DNA from: Eledone cirrhosa
Lineage: Eukaryota
Length of the DNA: 64,000 nucleotides
Reading direction: 5' to 3'
Assembly: GCA_964016885.1 (NCBI GenBank)
Contig: OZ024747.1
Span: forward strand, 89,590,001-89,654,000
Positions 35,734 to 48,269 of the stretch are shown piece after piece (the first letter of the stretch is position 1; each line of letters begins with the position of its first letter). The notes under the pieces are model-generated. The model saw only the letters and a list, made by a program, of their open reading frames with translations, was not told the origin of the DNA and did no database searches. The position numbers and the translations under genes were made by a program.

Positions 35734-38700
35734 ATAGAAAGGATAAACAGAACGATTGATTATTCCTTCATTGCATTTATTGATAGGTGATGCGCGTTTC
35801 GCCACTGATCAGCTCAAGGTTCGATCTATATCGATCCTACCCGACTCAATAATCGGTAGCTCGACGGACCCTCTTAAAATGCTATAAGAAAATGAAATAC
35901 ATGCTATGTGGTAAAGTCAGAGTTTCAAGAGTTTGACAAAATGAGTTGTTTTGATTGGTGGGAAGGATCAAGGCGATGTACTGGCCTGTAGTGTATATGG
36001 GGGTGGGTGTGATGGTGAGATGTTGGTGACGGTCGGTGGATGAGGTAGGCTGTGGTGGTGGTGGTGGGTTGGCCTTGGCGTATAGAGTATGTGGGGGTGG
36101 CTGTGATGATATGGTGGTGTTTTTGGTTATTTAGTGGGATGGGCTGTGGTATGAGGTTAGTGGATTGTCAGTAGACGGGTTGGCGTGTGGATGGGGGTGT
36201 GATAGTGGTGCCGTTGTCTATGGTAGCGGCGTTTGTGGTGGTGTGGTGGATGTATTAGTGGCGTCAAGGTCCTTACATAGATACATAGCTAGACGCTCTT
36301 CGTCTGACAGATACTTTGTATATACATATACGCACACACATATATGTATATATATGTGCACATATATTGTTGTATAAACACACACAACACAAAACACATA
36401 CATCCTTGCCCACACATATCGACACACGCTCATACACAGCCATATGTGTATGTACACACATGTATGTGCATGCGCGCATGCGGACACGAATATGGAGAGT
36501 GGGGGAGTATCGGTGGGGGTGGTGAACGACAGAGATGGGGGGAAGGTGAGAGGCAATGTAGAAGGTGTTTTACATATATACACATACATACATATGGGTA
36601 TGGGCACATGGACTCACACTCATGTATGCAAAATATACACATACACACACGTATACCTCACACACATATATATATATACACACTCATGTACAGACAACAC
36701 ACACATACACGCACATATACACATACATGCACATATATGAGCTCTCCTACAGTCAGATTCACCCATATACATATATGTAGACGCACACATACACACACAT
36801 ACGCATACAGATATACATATACACACACAGATATATGTATACACGTGTTCACACACACACACATACATATAAATATGCGTACACGCACGCACACTTAAAC
36901 GCCTGTATGTGTAAAAATACTTACACAGACACACACTATTGTTGGTTGGGGAGTGGAGGTATGTGTTGTCGGTGTTGAAGTATGGAGTTGTGTTTTGTGG
37001 TGGTGGAGTTGTGAGGGACAAATATATATATACCGGATCGAATACCGGTTAAAAGGTGACATAGGGAACGCGGGGTGAAGCGTTTATGGACGTACGGCGA
37101 TGTGTGTTGTGGACATGATGGTGGTGCTGGGGTGATATGTTCGACAAGATGATTACATGATCCGAGGTTACGGTGTGTTATAGGGTAGGCAGACGGGGGT
37201 GGGGTGGGGGGTATATAATACAGTCGATCTGGGAGCGAGGGATGATATGTGATGATGTTAATGATAGTTGAAGTATGTGGATGTATCTAGTGGTGGCGGT
37301 GGTTGTGTGTGCGTGCGACAGTACAATTACAGGGTCGAATTTAGCGTGGGGTTGTAGGTTAGAGTAGATAGAGGGAACATGGGGGGGATGGGGTTGTAGG
37401 CGTGTATGGTAGGCATATGACGATGTGTGGTGTGGTGGTGGTGGTGGCGATGGTGTGATATGGTCGACATTTTATTTACAAGGTCCCTTGTCATTGTGGA
37501 TTGCAAGGTAGAGCGTATCATAGGATACCGATCTAATACGATGTTGCAACGATGAGGTGTGTATGTTGATGTGAATTTGTGGTGGTGGTGATGGTGATGT
37601 GTGCGGCATGATATACAAATGCGGGCTTAGAAATGATTACATGGAGTACAATACAATAAGTTCATGGTGGGCGATGTTGAGACGGGGTATAGGTGGTTAT
37701 TAATATGGTGTGTCATGGTTAGTGTGATTTTTGGTGTGGGTTATGTATGCGGCATGATATACAAAATACGGGCTTACATCTGGTTAAATTCAATGCAATG
37801 AAATAAGATAAAGTGAAGTTAGATGGGCGATGGTGATACGGGGCAGATGTGGTTATTATTATGGTGGGTCATGGTTAGTGCGTGGTCCTCCCGCGAAAGT
37901 TTGTGCAGAAAAGGTGTGCATCCTAGTGTGTCTGCAATTGACAATTATGTCCGACCTATAGTTTATGCCATGTGTATGTATGTGTATGTATATATGTAAA
38001 GCACCTACATTGCCTCTCACCTTCCCCCCATCTCTGTCGTTCGCCACCCCCACCGATACTCCCCCACTCTCCATATTCGTGTCCGCATGCGCGCATGCAC
38101 ATACATGTGTGTACATACACATATGGCTGTGTATGAGCGTGTGTCGATATGTGTGGGCAAGCATGTGCGTATGTGTTTTGTGTTGTGTGTGTGTTTATAC
38201 AACAATATATGTGCACATATATACATATATGTGTGTGCGTATATGTATATACAAAGTATCTGTCAGACGAAGAGCGTCTAGCTATGTAAGGACCTGACGC
38301 CACCAATACATCCACCACACCCCCATCCAACCCGTCTACTGACAATCCACTAACCTCATACCACAGCCCATCCCACTAAATAACCATAACCACCACCATA
38401 TCATCACATCCACCCCCACATACTCTACACGCCAAGGCCAACCCACCACCACCACCACAGCCCACCTCATCCACCGACCGTCACCAACATCTCACCATCA
38501 CACCCACCCCCATATACACTACAGGTCAGTACACCGCCTTGATCCTTCCCACCAATCAAAACAACTCATTTTGTCAAACTCTTGAAACTCTGACTTTACC
38601 ACATAGCATGTATTTCATTTTCTTATAGCATTTTAAGAGGGTCCGTCGAGCTGCCGATTATTGAGTCGGGTAGGATCGATATAGATCGAACCTTGAGCTG

Positions 38701-38875
38701 ATCAGTGGCGAAACGCGCGTCACCTATCAATAAATGCAATGAAGGAATAATCAATCGTCCTTTTTATCCTTTCTATATTTTACACTGTATAGCTATACAC
38801 ATCACAGAAGTGAACCTAAACATCGAGTGCTCACCCGGGTGAACCTGCAGTAACTCCTAGTTACACCCACTGGAT
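35734..38875 (+). mobile_element. Non-autonomous Penelope-like element with inverted pseudo-LTR arms and 3' tail
   Basis: Arms 35734-36597 and 37968-38776 are inverted copies. ~100-nt extension 38777-38875 on one side only. 14-bp direct repeat ATATATATATAAAG at 35720-33 and 38876-89. Hammerhead-like motif plus AATAAA in each arm. Confidence 0.72.
38639..38725 (+). ncRNA. Minimal type I hammerhead-like ribozyme with variant core (mirror copy 35785-35871 on -)
   Basis: Stem I GGGU/ACCU; core CCGUCGA (canonical CUGANGA); long stem II GCUGCCGAU...AUCAGUGGC; GAAA; palindromic stem III CGCGCG; UC cleavage site. Confidence 0.55.
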
Positions 38876-39057
38876 ATATATATATAAAGTTACAATCAAA
38901 TGGTGTTTAAACATTTAATAATTTGCTATTGTTTCATCCAGAGATTGTAACATGTATTTCTGCTCTGTATTACACTTGATATCTTACATTGAGCTACTTT
39001 CTTACTGGTATTTTATATATATATATAATATATATATATATATATAAATAAATAAAG

Positions 39058-39322
39058 TCTGTCTTATCCAGAAGGCTCATTTGGCCGGTGCTTATCCCGG
39101 TTTCATGGCATGAAGCGACAGAGTACAAGACTCGCCCCCTGGACAGGACGCCAGTCCATCGCAGGGTTAAACCTCTAGCTATTGCTGGTACCCATTTCCA
39201 GCTGAGCAAACTGGAGCAACGTGAAATAAAGTGTCTTGCTCAAGGAAACAACACATCACCCGGTCCGAGAATTGAACTCACAACCTTTCGATTGAAAGCC
39301 TACTGCCCTAACCACTAAGCCA
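39058..39322 (-). mobile_element. Near full-length CORE-type tRNA-derived SINE
   Basis: Minus strand: A box TGGCTTAGTGG, B box GAGTTCAATTCTC, CORE-like GTTTCCTTGAGCAAGACACTTTATTTCAC, then AACCCTGCGATGGACTGGCGTCCTGTCCAGGGG and GCTTCATGCCATGAAACCGG. Confidence 0.9.
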
Positions 39323-39486
39323 TCACATAAATATATATACACACACACACACACACATTAGGATTGGATGTTCACACCAAGCTGCTTACATACCTGTATG
39401 TGAGCTCTGGATATTGAATAATATATGTTTACAAATATATTTGATATACAGTATGTAAACATACATGTATGCAAACAGTTATGTTC

Positions 39487-39517
39487 TCTGACTGACTGAC
39501 TGACTGACTGACTGACT

Positions 39518-39594
<77 letters not shown>
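39487..39594. repeat. (CTGA)n followed by (CA)n microsatellite
   Basis: Directly visible. Confidence 0.95.
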
Positions 39595-39597
<3 letters not shown>

Positions 39598-39913
39598 TAA
39601 AAATGTTTTCTAAGAAACAATTTATTCAAAATAAATATGGAAGCTTTAAAATCTATGTATTGCGACTTTTGGGTCACTGTGTACACAATGATATTAAATG
39701 AACGGAAACTATATTTATAAAACCATATTTATTCTATTATATATATCGTGGGTACCAACATTTTGGTACGCTATCATCCGATAAAATAAGTGTTTTATAA
39801 ATTTTGACATAACCAAGGGGAATATACCTTAATGGTTCAAGTTGTCCCTGGTCAGGGATTACTTGAACCGTTAATTTTCTCCCTCATATCGAGGATTTGA
39901 AGAGAATTCATTT

Positions 39914-39985
39914 TCACCCGACGAGATCAGTGATAATTGATCATGGCTACACGATCGATCTATCTCTTATTGAAACGTGTCGTGA
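39914..39985 (+). ncRNA. Hammerhead-like motif (Penelope pLTR-type remnant)
   Basis: Stem I UCAC/GUGA, core CCGACGA, weak long stem II, GAAA-CGUG-UC, then ATTAAA. Lies in a CpG-retaining block that ends at (TA)n at 40032. Confidence 0.45.
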
Positions 39986-40029
39986 TTAAAATGATTGGAA
40001 ATTTATACCATGCCTTCGGATCTTTATTT

Positions 40030-40068
<39 letters not shown>

Positions 40069-41231
40069 CATACACATATACATATATTAGAATTAGGATG
40101 TTCACTCCAACATAGCTGTTTACATACCTGTATGTGAGGTTTGTATATTGAATAATATACAACATGCTTACAGATAAACATTCGAAAGCCTTTAGCTATG
40201 AATTCTGGAAGCTGATTGACATTTACTTTGTTCCAGCAGAAGCAAGGGAAAGCAACTGACAGTGCTGTTTCTAGCTATTTGGTCATTGCAAAGGTTACGT
40301 ACTCCTTCCTTGACTCATACTGGAACTCAAGCAGAAAGCATATAGTTTTATCACGTGTGTGTGTGTGTATATATATACATACACACATACATACATGCAT
40401 ATATACAGATACAAACATCTGCACACAAATTAATTAATGTCTATATTCCTTGCATGCATGGGTTAAATAACTGTTGGATGCTGCAGCCAGACTGCTCAGG
40501 GTGTATCAGGAGCATTGTTTCTACAGCTGCATGACCTTCCTAACACCAACCACTTTATAGAGAGTACTGGAAGCCTTTTATCATGACTGACACTATCACC
40601 TTACAGGGTGGGCTGGGTGCTTTTTTTGTGGCTTCAGCACTACCCCTTTATGGGGACATTTGAATGTTTTGTCTGTCAGTTCATTAGCAATTTGCTTGTG
40701 TTTTAACATTATTTTGGTTTGCTGCTTCAGTTTTACCTTTTGTTTTATCCAATCTTTCAAATCTTTCTAGCTGCTTGTTTTGATTCAGTGTTTCACTCAG
40801 ATATTTCATTCCCTCTCATCAGCTGTTAGCATCTGGTCTTGCTCTTTCTTAGCCTTATTGGATTCATCAATCATTTTCTACTTAAAAAGATGGATTCAAG
40901 ATTATACCCATGTTTCTTTCCTCTATTAAGTTGTCGCTTTTGCACTGATAGACTACTTCAGGTTGCCAATTCATCTTCCATATTATCACACTGGCAGTTG
41001 TTAGCGTTTCTGCTGAGTGTCTTTTGGGTAATGACAAGATTGGTTGTTGTCATTCAACCTAGCATTTGCAAGTGGTTGGACAGCTTAGATATAAATGTTT
41101 CTTTTGAACTAGATTTTGTGCTGATGTAGCAGCAAGATGGTGGTCTGATCCAACATCAGTATATTCTGACATGTTTTTTTGTAGATACAACAATTCTATT
41201 CAGATTTTATTCAATGTAAAATGAATTAATA

Positions 41232-41545
41232 GGCGGCAAATTGGCAGAGTCTTTAGAACGTCGGATAGAAAGTTTCATTTCGATCTGGCTCTCTGCTGAG
41301 TTCAAACCCTGCCAAGGTTAACTTTGCCTTTTATCTTTTTGAGGTCGATAAAAAAGTATCAGTTTAGTACTGGGGTTGATTCTTCCTGTATATCTCTCAT
41401 TTCCTCTTACTTTCTATCTTCCTCTGGAAGAAATCTGCTGTACTCAAGCCTGGAGAGGGATGGGCTCAGCCAGGCATAAAATGGCCAAGAAATGCTGTAT
41501 GTCAATACGGCACCCCTTTGACTATTAGGAATTACGGGACCATAC
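41232..41545 (+). mobile_element. tRNA-derived SINE family A with alternative 3' tail
   Basis: GGCGGCAAATTGGCAGAG, B box GAGTTCAAACCC, TTTGCCTTTTATC..GAGGTCGATAAA, then tail CTCTGGAAGAAATCTGCTGTA also seen at ~10478 and ~61164. Confidence 0.82.
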
Positions 41546-42984
41546 ATACATACAAAATGAATTAGCAACTATGGGCAAACTATGCTCCTCCCAATAAATA
41601 TTAATTTCTAGGTTTGAAAGTACAGTTAGCTGATTTCATTTCAGCACTACTTGCTTGTTTATTTTATTTTTTTATTTATTTTATTTTATTTATGTATTTA
41701 TTCATGGTACAAAGAATAATTAAAATCAGCACCAATCTCAGTAGGGCTTGAACTCAGCACACAAAGTATATAACCAAATACTGTAGGACACTATTCAATT
41801 TTCTCCAATGGCTGCCACTCCCATCTTGCAACACTACCTTCATGCATATTATTATTATCCAAACCCAGACAGATTATTACAATAATTTCATTTTATTATG
41901 TAATTATACATGAGGCTTAAGAGATGCAGCAGGACATAAATGCTACCTAAAGATATGTTATGTCACTTCTACCTTGATTTTCTTTTGAAGTAGACTTAAT
42001 CAATATTACTGTTGATATGAAATTTCAGGTGGAATTATATCTGAGGTAGTTTTATGCCTTTGGCACAGAACTTTTCAAGCGTTCCAAATAATGGAATCAA
42101 TTGTTGTTTAAATGCTACTCAGCTCTGATTGAGCAAACATGATCAAAGGCATTCAAGTCATGGCCATCCCATTTTCCTTTCATCAACAATGTACCCAGAC
42201 TACAGTATCTAATGTATCCTCTTTTAGGACATGGGATGTGGTTTTGAGAAAAATTTGACTACTTTTTTTTCTTTTATCACATACAAGATTGAGGGCAGTG
42301 TATAGGCAGTATTGGTAGAACATTGGACAAAATGTTTGTTGTATTTAGTTACAACTTTCTATGTTTAAGTTTAAATACTGCTGAGGTGAACTTCACCTTT
42401 TATCCTTCTGGGGTTCATAAAATAAACTACCAGTTACATACTGGTGTTGATATAATCAACTTTCCCTTTCCTCCAAATTGCTGACCATATGCCAGTGATA
42501 GAATCATTTATTTACAAGATTGCAATAAAAGATATAGAAAAATTCTATATAGCAGTGTCCCAGCCTGTTGGCTGGGACATCATAGATTGATTAATAGATT
42601 TCAGAAGTACTTCTGTGAATTTAACAAAGTCTAATACTATTATAATTTACAAGGGGTTCACGAGATTCCATTCCTTTCTGTGATTAAGCCAATTCATTAA
42701 CAATTCATTAACAAATGCCTCTAAAATTGTTTAAAACAATATCCATTCATTTCTTTCTAGCTACTTATTGATCTAATTATATTACTGAATTCATAATAGT
42801 TCTGGACAAATAACCAGCATTATATTTTCTTATGTAGTATTGTATATACACAGAATATACTATATTTTCAGTCTTTAAAACAACTTTTAGCTAAAGAAAA
42901 ATAAATATACAATAAGATCAAAACTTAAAACTAAACTATTTTCTTATTGGATATTCTTTTTTTCCTTCTAGATAAGTGTCTTCG

Positions 42985-43690
42985 TGCACTTATTACTGAG
43001 AAGGTAATGGGAAGAGAGTCCTTAAACACTCCTTCCAGCAGGTCCTTTCAGTAGCAACCGTCTCCAACTAACTAATCCGGATGGATCTCCAAGCAAGACC
43101 AGTCAAGTTATCATGTATGTTATCCAACCATCTTGTTCGAGTCAACCCCTCAGTCTCCTGTTCATTGGGTTTACTAATTTGTCCAGTAATTCTTTCCTAA
43201 GACATTCTAACTGGATGTCCATAATATCAGAGCTGTGATCACTCAATTCAGAGAAGTAGCATCTCTACCTCAAGTGACTGATCTCCAAGCTATGCATTCT
43301 ATCAAGTAGTATTACTTGAAAGACACACAGGAATCCCATTTTGGCCACTTGTATTTGTGATCGTATTCTCATGATCATAGGTCAGGGTTGGCACTAATAC
43401 CGAATTGAAAATAGCAGGTTTGGTTTTTGTACCTACCTACCTACCTTCCTTCTAATGACCAAATGCTGAAGCTGGCACATTACTGCAACAGCTCCTGCAA
43501 TTCTTGTACTTAATTCAACCTCCTGCCTTCCATTACTTGTGAAGATGACCCCAAGAAACTTGAACTTTTCCACCTACTTCAGCGGTGACTCCGTTCACAT
43601 ATCGAGTGCACTGTGCAGGCTTCATTGAGAGGATGAAGTGACTCGGTTTTTGCAACACTGATTTTCATTCCAGCCATGCAGCACTCAGCA
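42985..43690 (-). mobile_element. Degenerate RTE (Expander/Rex3-like) 3' fragment
   Basis: Minus strand GMKISVAKTES, VEKFKFLGVIFTSNGR, and a decayed LL.IE.SQL..YGH..RM...RG.TRTRWLDNI C-terminus. Confidence 0.78.
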
Positions 43691-44939
43691 TGACTGCAAG
43701 TCGGAGATCTGTCAATTTCCAGAAAATGATTTGAACTCAAAGCTTATGGATTTGAATCTCATACACTGAAAGTTAATGTAAATTGAAATATTACAAAAGG
43801 AGATTTACATTATTATAATTTGAATTTACTTTTTAACACAAGTATTCTTGCATTATTGAAAATATAGAAGTTTTAAGTCTATATTTAGTTCTTAAATTTT
43901 AGCATATATTAAGCAATCAAGAATTGTTATCTTACTGTATAGGATTGAAGAAATTTATAAAGAATCCTGAACAAATTTGAAATGCTGGTCATTTCTTGAA
44001 AAGATATTTTCAATTGATACTTATGCATTACACTTTAAATCTAGATTACAAGCTTTCATTCAGTGCAGAATCAAACAATGCTATTTATTATTGCTTTGGT
44101 GAGTCATGATTGTTTCTCATGTTATATGTTAACTTTCTGAACAAAACTACTTGAATAGAAATATAAAAATTAATTTAAATTTGAAAAAATATTATAAAAA
44201 GATAGTTTTTGTAATTTTAGTAATTTCTGAAGAGTTATTCAAGTCATTTGGTAATTATTGTTCATTACTATTCAAGAAAAATTGTTTGAATATAATTTAA
44301 CATTGGAAATTATGATTTAAGTGTATCTCTTTCTTATTTTCTATTAATAAATTTTATAAGAAGTATCTTTAAAAAGATTTTTGGATACAACACAAGAGTA
44401 TGAAGTAATCTTAAGTGTTGACCAGAAAAGAACTTCAATATGCCAACCTACAAGAAAGGCCTTTGACATAAGATCAGTTTACTCCATTGATCAACCAGAC
44501 ATAATTCTTATTTACTTTCCTATATTTGTTTGGAGATGAAAATCCTATTTCATTTTTGATATTTTTATTTTACATGAAATATTTTTACACATGTCATAGA
44601 ATATATTTCATATTTTATAGAGTAACATAGCAATATATAAAAAGCTAATGCAGTAGCTAAGTTAGTAAAGTAACAAAAATATGGTAAAGGATTAATATAT
44701 CAGCTCTGGGTAAATGATGTGCAAGATGAACTGAAGAGAATAGCTTGAAACTTGAAATAAATTTGTGGAAAAGTGGATCTTTCAAAACATGATTGATTTC
44801 AGCAAATTTAGAGATATTGGAAGATCAAGGTTGCATGGAGCCACTGGTTGAAAGTTCCATCAGGACTCTTGCATCAAAGTGCTTATAATAGAATATTTAC
44901 GGCAGCACAAAAATTGTAGGTCACTGGTTACAGCCCAGT

Positions 44940-45260
44940 CTTCTTCACCCACTTATTCCAGAGAGGGTCATGGGGGGCAGAGTCCTCAAACACTCCTACC
45001 AATGGGTCCTGTCAGAAGCAACCATCTCTAACTGATCCAGCTGGATCCCCAAATGAGACCAGCGAAGCTCATGGATGTTATCCAACCATCTTGCTCAAGG
45101 TCTACCCCTGGGTCTCCTACCAGTTAGTTTTGCCTTTAAAATCTGTCTAGCAATTCTTTCTTGAGATATTCTAACTACATAATATCTGAGCTGTGATATC
45201 TCAAATCAGAGAAGTAGCAGCTCTATCTGGAGTGACTGATCTCCAAGCTACACACTCGAG
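44940..45260 (-). mobile_element. Second RTE (Expander-like) 3' fragment
   Basis: Paralogous to 43020-43300 (ATGTTATCCAACCATCTTG, TCAGAGAAGTAGC, GTGACTGATCTCCAAGCTA); RPRGRP*ARWLDNI. Confidence 0.78.
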
Positions 45261-46084
45261 TCAGTCCCTACTGATCTGCCACAATCTTGATATATATAAT
45301 CAATACACAGTACCTAGAAAATTATATTAAATTCTGTGCTAAGTTAAAGATGAGTACGCCACTTAAATATATATATACTACAATCAATAAACTAACAACT
45401 CTGCTTGTTTTAGAGATCTTTTTGAAAGAATGGTTTTCTCTTTCAATGTTTCTATAGTGAGCTTTACCTAGTAAAACGATGATGCTCATATTCTCAGAAT
45501 TTAATAGATGGAGCATGTAAAAGTTATTCTAGAATAAAATATTCCATAAGAATAAAATGATAATAGTCAATGATAGCAAATGTTATTTTTTCATTTCTTT
45601 AGTAATTATGGGAAACACTTCTGGAGTTATGTTTTGTTTGGGATCTTCAGTTTGTTGAGGATTGTCAAGAAAACAAACATGTTCACAGTTATCTCCCATG
45701 CCTGCTTGGACAAACAAAAAAAAAAAAAACAATAGTGGCTATAAGTTAATATTATTTTTACATTTCTTTGACAATTATGGAAAACAATTCTGTATACTTC
45801 AGAGTTGTACTTGTCTGGCAAATGACTTGGTTTGAGCCAAAGTGTTCAAACTAAAGCAATCACAGCATGGAAGAGTCATTTTAGTCACAGTTGTACTTGT
45901 CTGGTAAGTGACTTGATCTGAGACTGTGTTGAAACAAAAGCAATTACAACATGAAAGTCATTTTAGCCTGTTAACATTATATGTATCACATATTGGTGAA
46001 TATAAAGTAAATTTAACAGTTTTTGTGTTTTAAATGGCTAAACTGACTCTCCCACACTGTAATCCTACAAATGTTTCTGCTCTC

Positions 46085-46286
46085 TTCAAAACATCCAAGC
46101 TTCCCGAAATTCACCAACAATACACCCGATATTCCACCTCCATAAACACACAAGCATGTGTGTGTATATCATGACTCGTACACTTAACTTTCCTGAAATT
46201 TGTACATTCTCTGTACTATACATGCACCTTTGATGAGTTGTGCATCTGAGCACTGTACACAATAATTTCATCATTATTATCATTAT
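46085..46286 (+). mobile_element. CR1 LINE 3' UTR fragment
   Basis: Matches the reverse complement of 50052-50320 (CATGCACCTTTGATGAGTTGT, GAGCACTG.ACACAATAATTT, ATT-rich tail). Confidence 0.8.
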
Positions 46287-46959
46287 TTCTTGGTGGTACT
46301 CAAGAAAATAGATACATATCTAGAATCGCCTTTCATAAATACTAAAGAAATGAGTAAATATATTAGACATCGATTACACTATTGAAGCAGAAAGTTGTTA
46401 GAATGTCAGATAGAATGCCTGATATTCATTCTATATCCCTGCATTTAGATTTCAAATTCTTTTGAAGTCGATAACTAAAGCCCCAATCCAAGGTACTGGA
46501 TTGGTGAATTTGTTAGAATGTTAGACATATGCTTTGCCGTATCTGCCCTAGCTCTTTGTATGCCGAGTTCAAGTTCCATCAGCCATCTTGCAGAATGAAA
46601 AATAGATCTTTTTGAACCCACCTAACAAGGAGACATCTCCAATGTCATCTCAAGTAATATATCAGTTGGAGAAATATCCTGATCAAATCAATAAAACCAA
46701 AAGGGACTTTACATGATGTGCAATAAACACTAAGACAGGAAGCACTTGATTAATAGCATTTTTTCTCATCACTTTAGCTTTTTAATTCTTCAAGCATTAA
46801 CTAGAATGATCTCCACTTCCTTATTGCTAATCGTGGATGATATTTCAAAATTCTTTGTTTATTTTGATTATATTGATTATATTGTCATACATTGTCACAT
46901 TTCCTTGTTGAAAGAGTTCAACTATTTTATATTTAGGTTCTATAAGGTGTGACCAAGAG

Positions 46960-47123
46960 CAGGCATGGACAACCTTTTTCAAGCAGTGGGCAGCATGGAG
47001 TGTGGCTCATCATAAGGTGGGCTGCATTAATAAAAAATTCCAGGCAGTTTTGAAATTAAGCATGTCATTCAGAAAGCCAAACAGGCTGCATGCGGTTTGC
47101 AGTTTGCAAATTGCTTATGACTG
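46960..47123. mobile_element. Degenerate hAT-type MITE
   Basis: CAGGCATGGACAA ... TTGCTTATGACTG imperfect TIRs; GGGCTGCA subterminal motifs; imperfect 8-bp flanks ACCAAGAG/GCCTCGAG. Confidence 0.5.
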
Positions 47124-47129
47124 GCCTCG

Positions 47130-47345
47130 AGTTTAGCATGTTGGACTTACAATCATAATGTCATGGGTTAGATTCCTGGATTAGGTGGCATGTGTTCTTG
47201 AGCAAAACACTTCATTTCACATTGCTCCAGTACACACAGCTGAAAATGAATACAAGCAGCAATTGAGAGTTAACCCTGTGATGGGCTGACGTCCTGTCCA
47301 GGTGGAAGTCTTGTATTCTCAGTGGTTTGATGAGCCTCTGCAATT
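47130..47345 (+). mobile_element. CORE-type SINE, diverged
   Basis: GTGTTCTTGAGCAAAACACTTCATTTCAC and AACCCTGTGATGGGCTGACGTCCTGTCCAGG. Confidence 0.8.
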
Positions 47346-48269
47346 AGGAAAAAGAAAAGTGGTAGTGCAGGTGCCAGGATAAAAAACACCCAGCTTAACC
47401 TGTAAGGTGGTAGTGTTTGTGCTGCAAGGAATGCACTCTGTACATGTTGTAAATTAATTGATGTTGGGAGCAGGGGCATAGAAACAGTGCTAAACTTGTA
47501 ATGTTTGAAAAAAATGCTTCACTAGTTAATTGAAATACAATGTATTTCATCAGAGATGTGGTCACAAAATGTTTAATCTAAATGGTAAGACCTAGTTCCC
47601 ATACATGAGAGACATTTCCAGTGCTGCCTATCATTTACTTCAGAACGACTTGTACAAACTTTAGCTGTTCAAATGATATGAACATTGATGTGAATTAAGA
47701 ATAGACAACAGAATAAGAAAGTCTATTGAAATTTTAGTATTCTTATTTTTGCATTGCCATTTCCAAGAAATAAAATTGTTTGTACTTTTTCTCTCTCTTC
47801 AAAGGATTTGCCTCATTTCAATAATCAGAGTAATGCTGTCTTAAATGCTTCATAGAAGCCATTTGTAAACTTGTCAACATTTTCTCGTGGGAATAAACTA
47901 TTTTCTAGAACCATTGATTTCATATCTTTACACCAAAAGCTGAAGCTTGAGTTCTTTCATTAATATCTAATAGTAATATAATCAAAAGGATAAGTTTCAA
48001 TATGAAATCATAGGTGTGTGGTGGGGAGTTCTATTCTAAATTTCTATTGGAATGAGTGTGTTTCATTAATTCTTGTTACACAACTAATTTGTTTATTTTT
48101 TTTTACTTTTCAAATATTAATTGAAAATATTGTCAGAATCCTTCCTATTTTGGTTTATCAGTTTTGTTATATAGTTTTATCGGTTGAGAAGAACTGTGTT
48201 ATGCTGATTAGGTCAAAATGTAAACAATAATACATAGGCTCACAGCTGTCCCTTGCTTGTAAATAAAGG

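Noticed and set aside
36165-38345. Numerous Cys/His/Tyr-rich ORFs on both strands
   Set aside because: Artefacts of (CA)/(TG)-rich low-complexity sequence, which lacks stop codons.
45322-45470. Possible further minus-strand exon after acceptor TTTTACTAG
   Set aside because: All frames reach a stop without a convincing donor; not distinguishable from chance.
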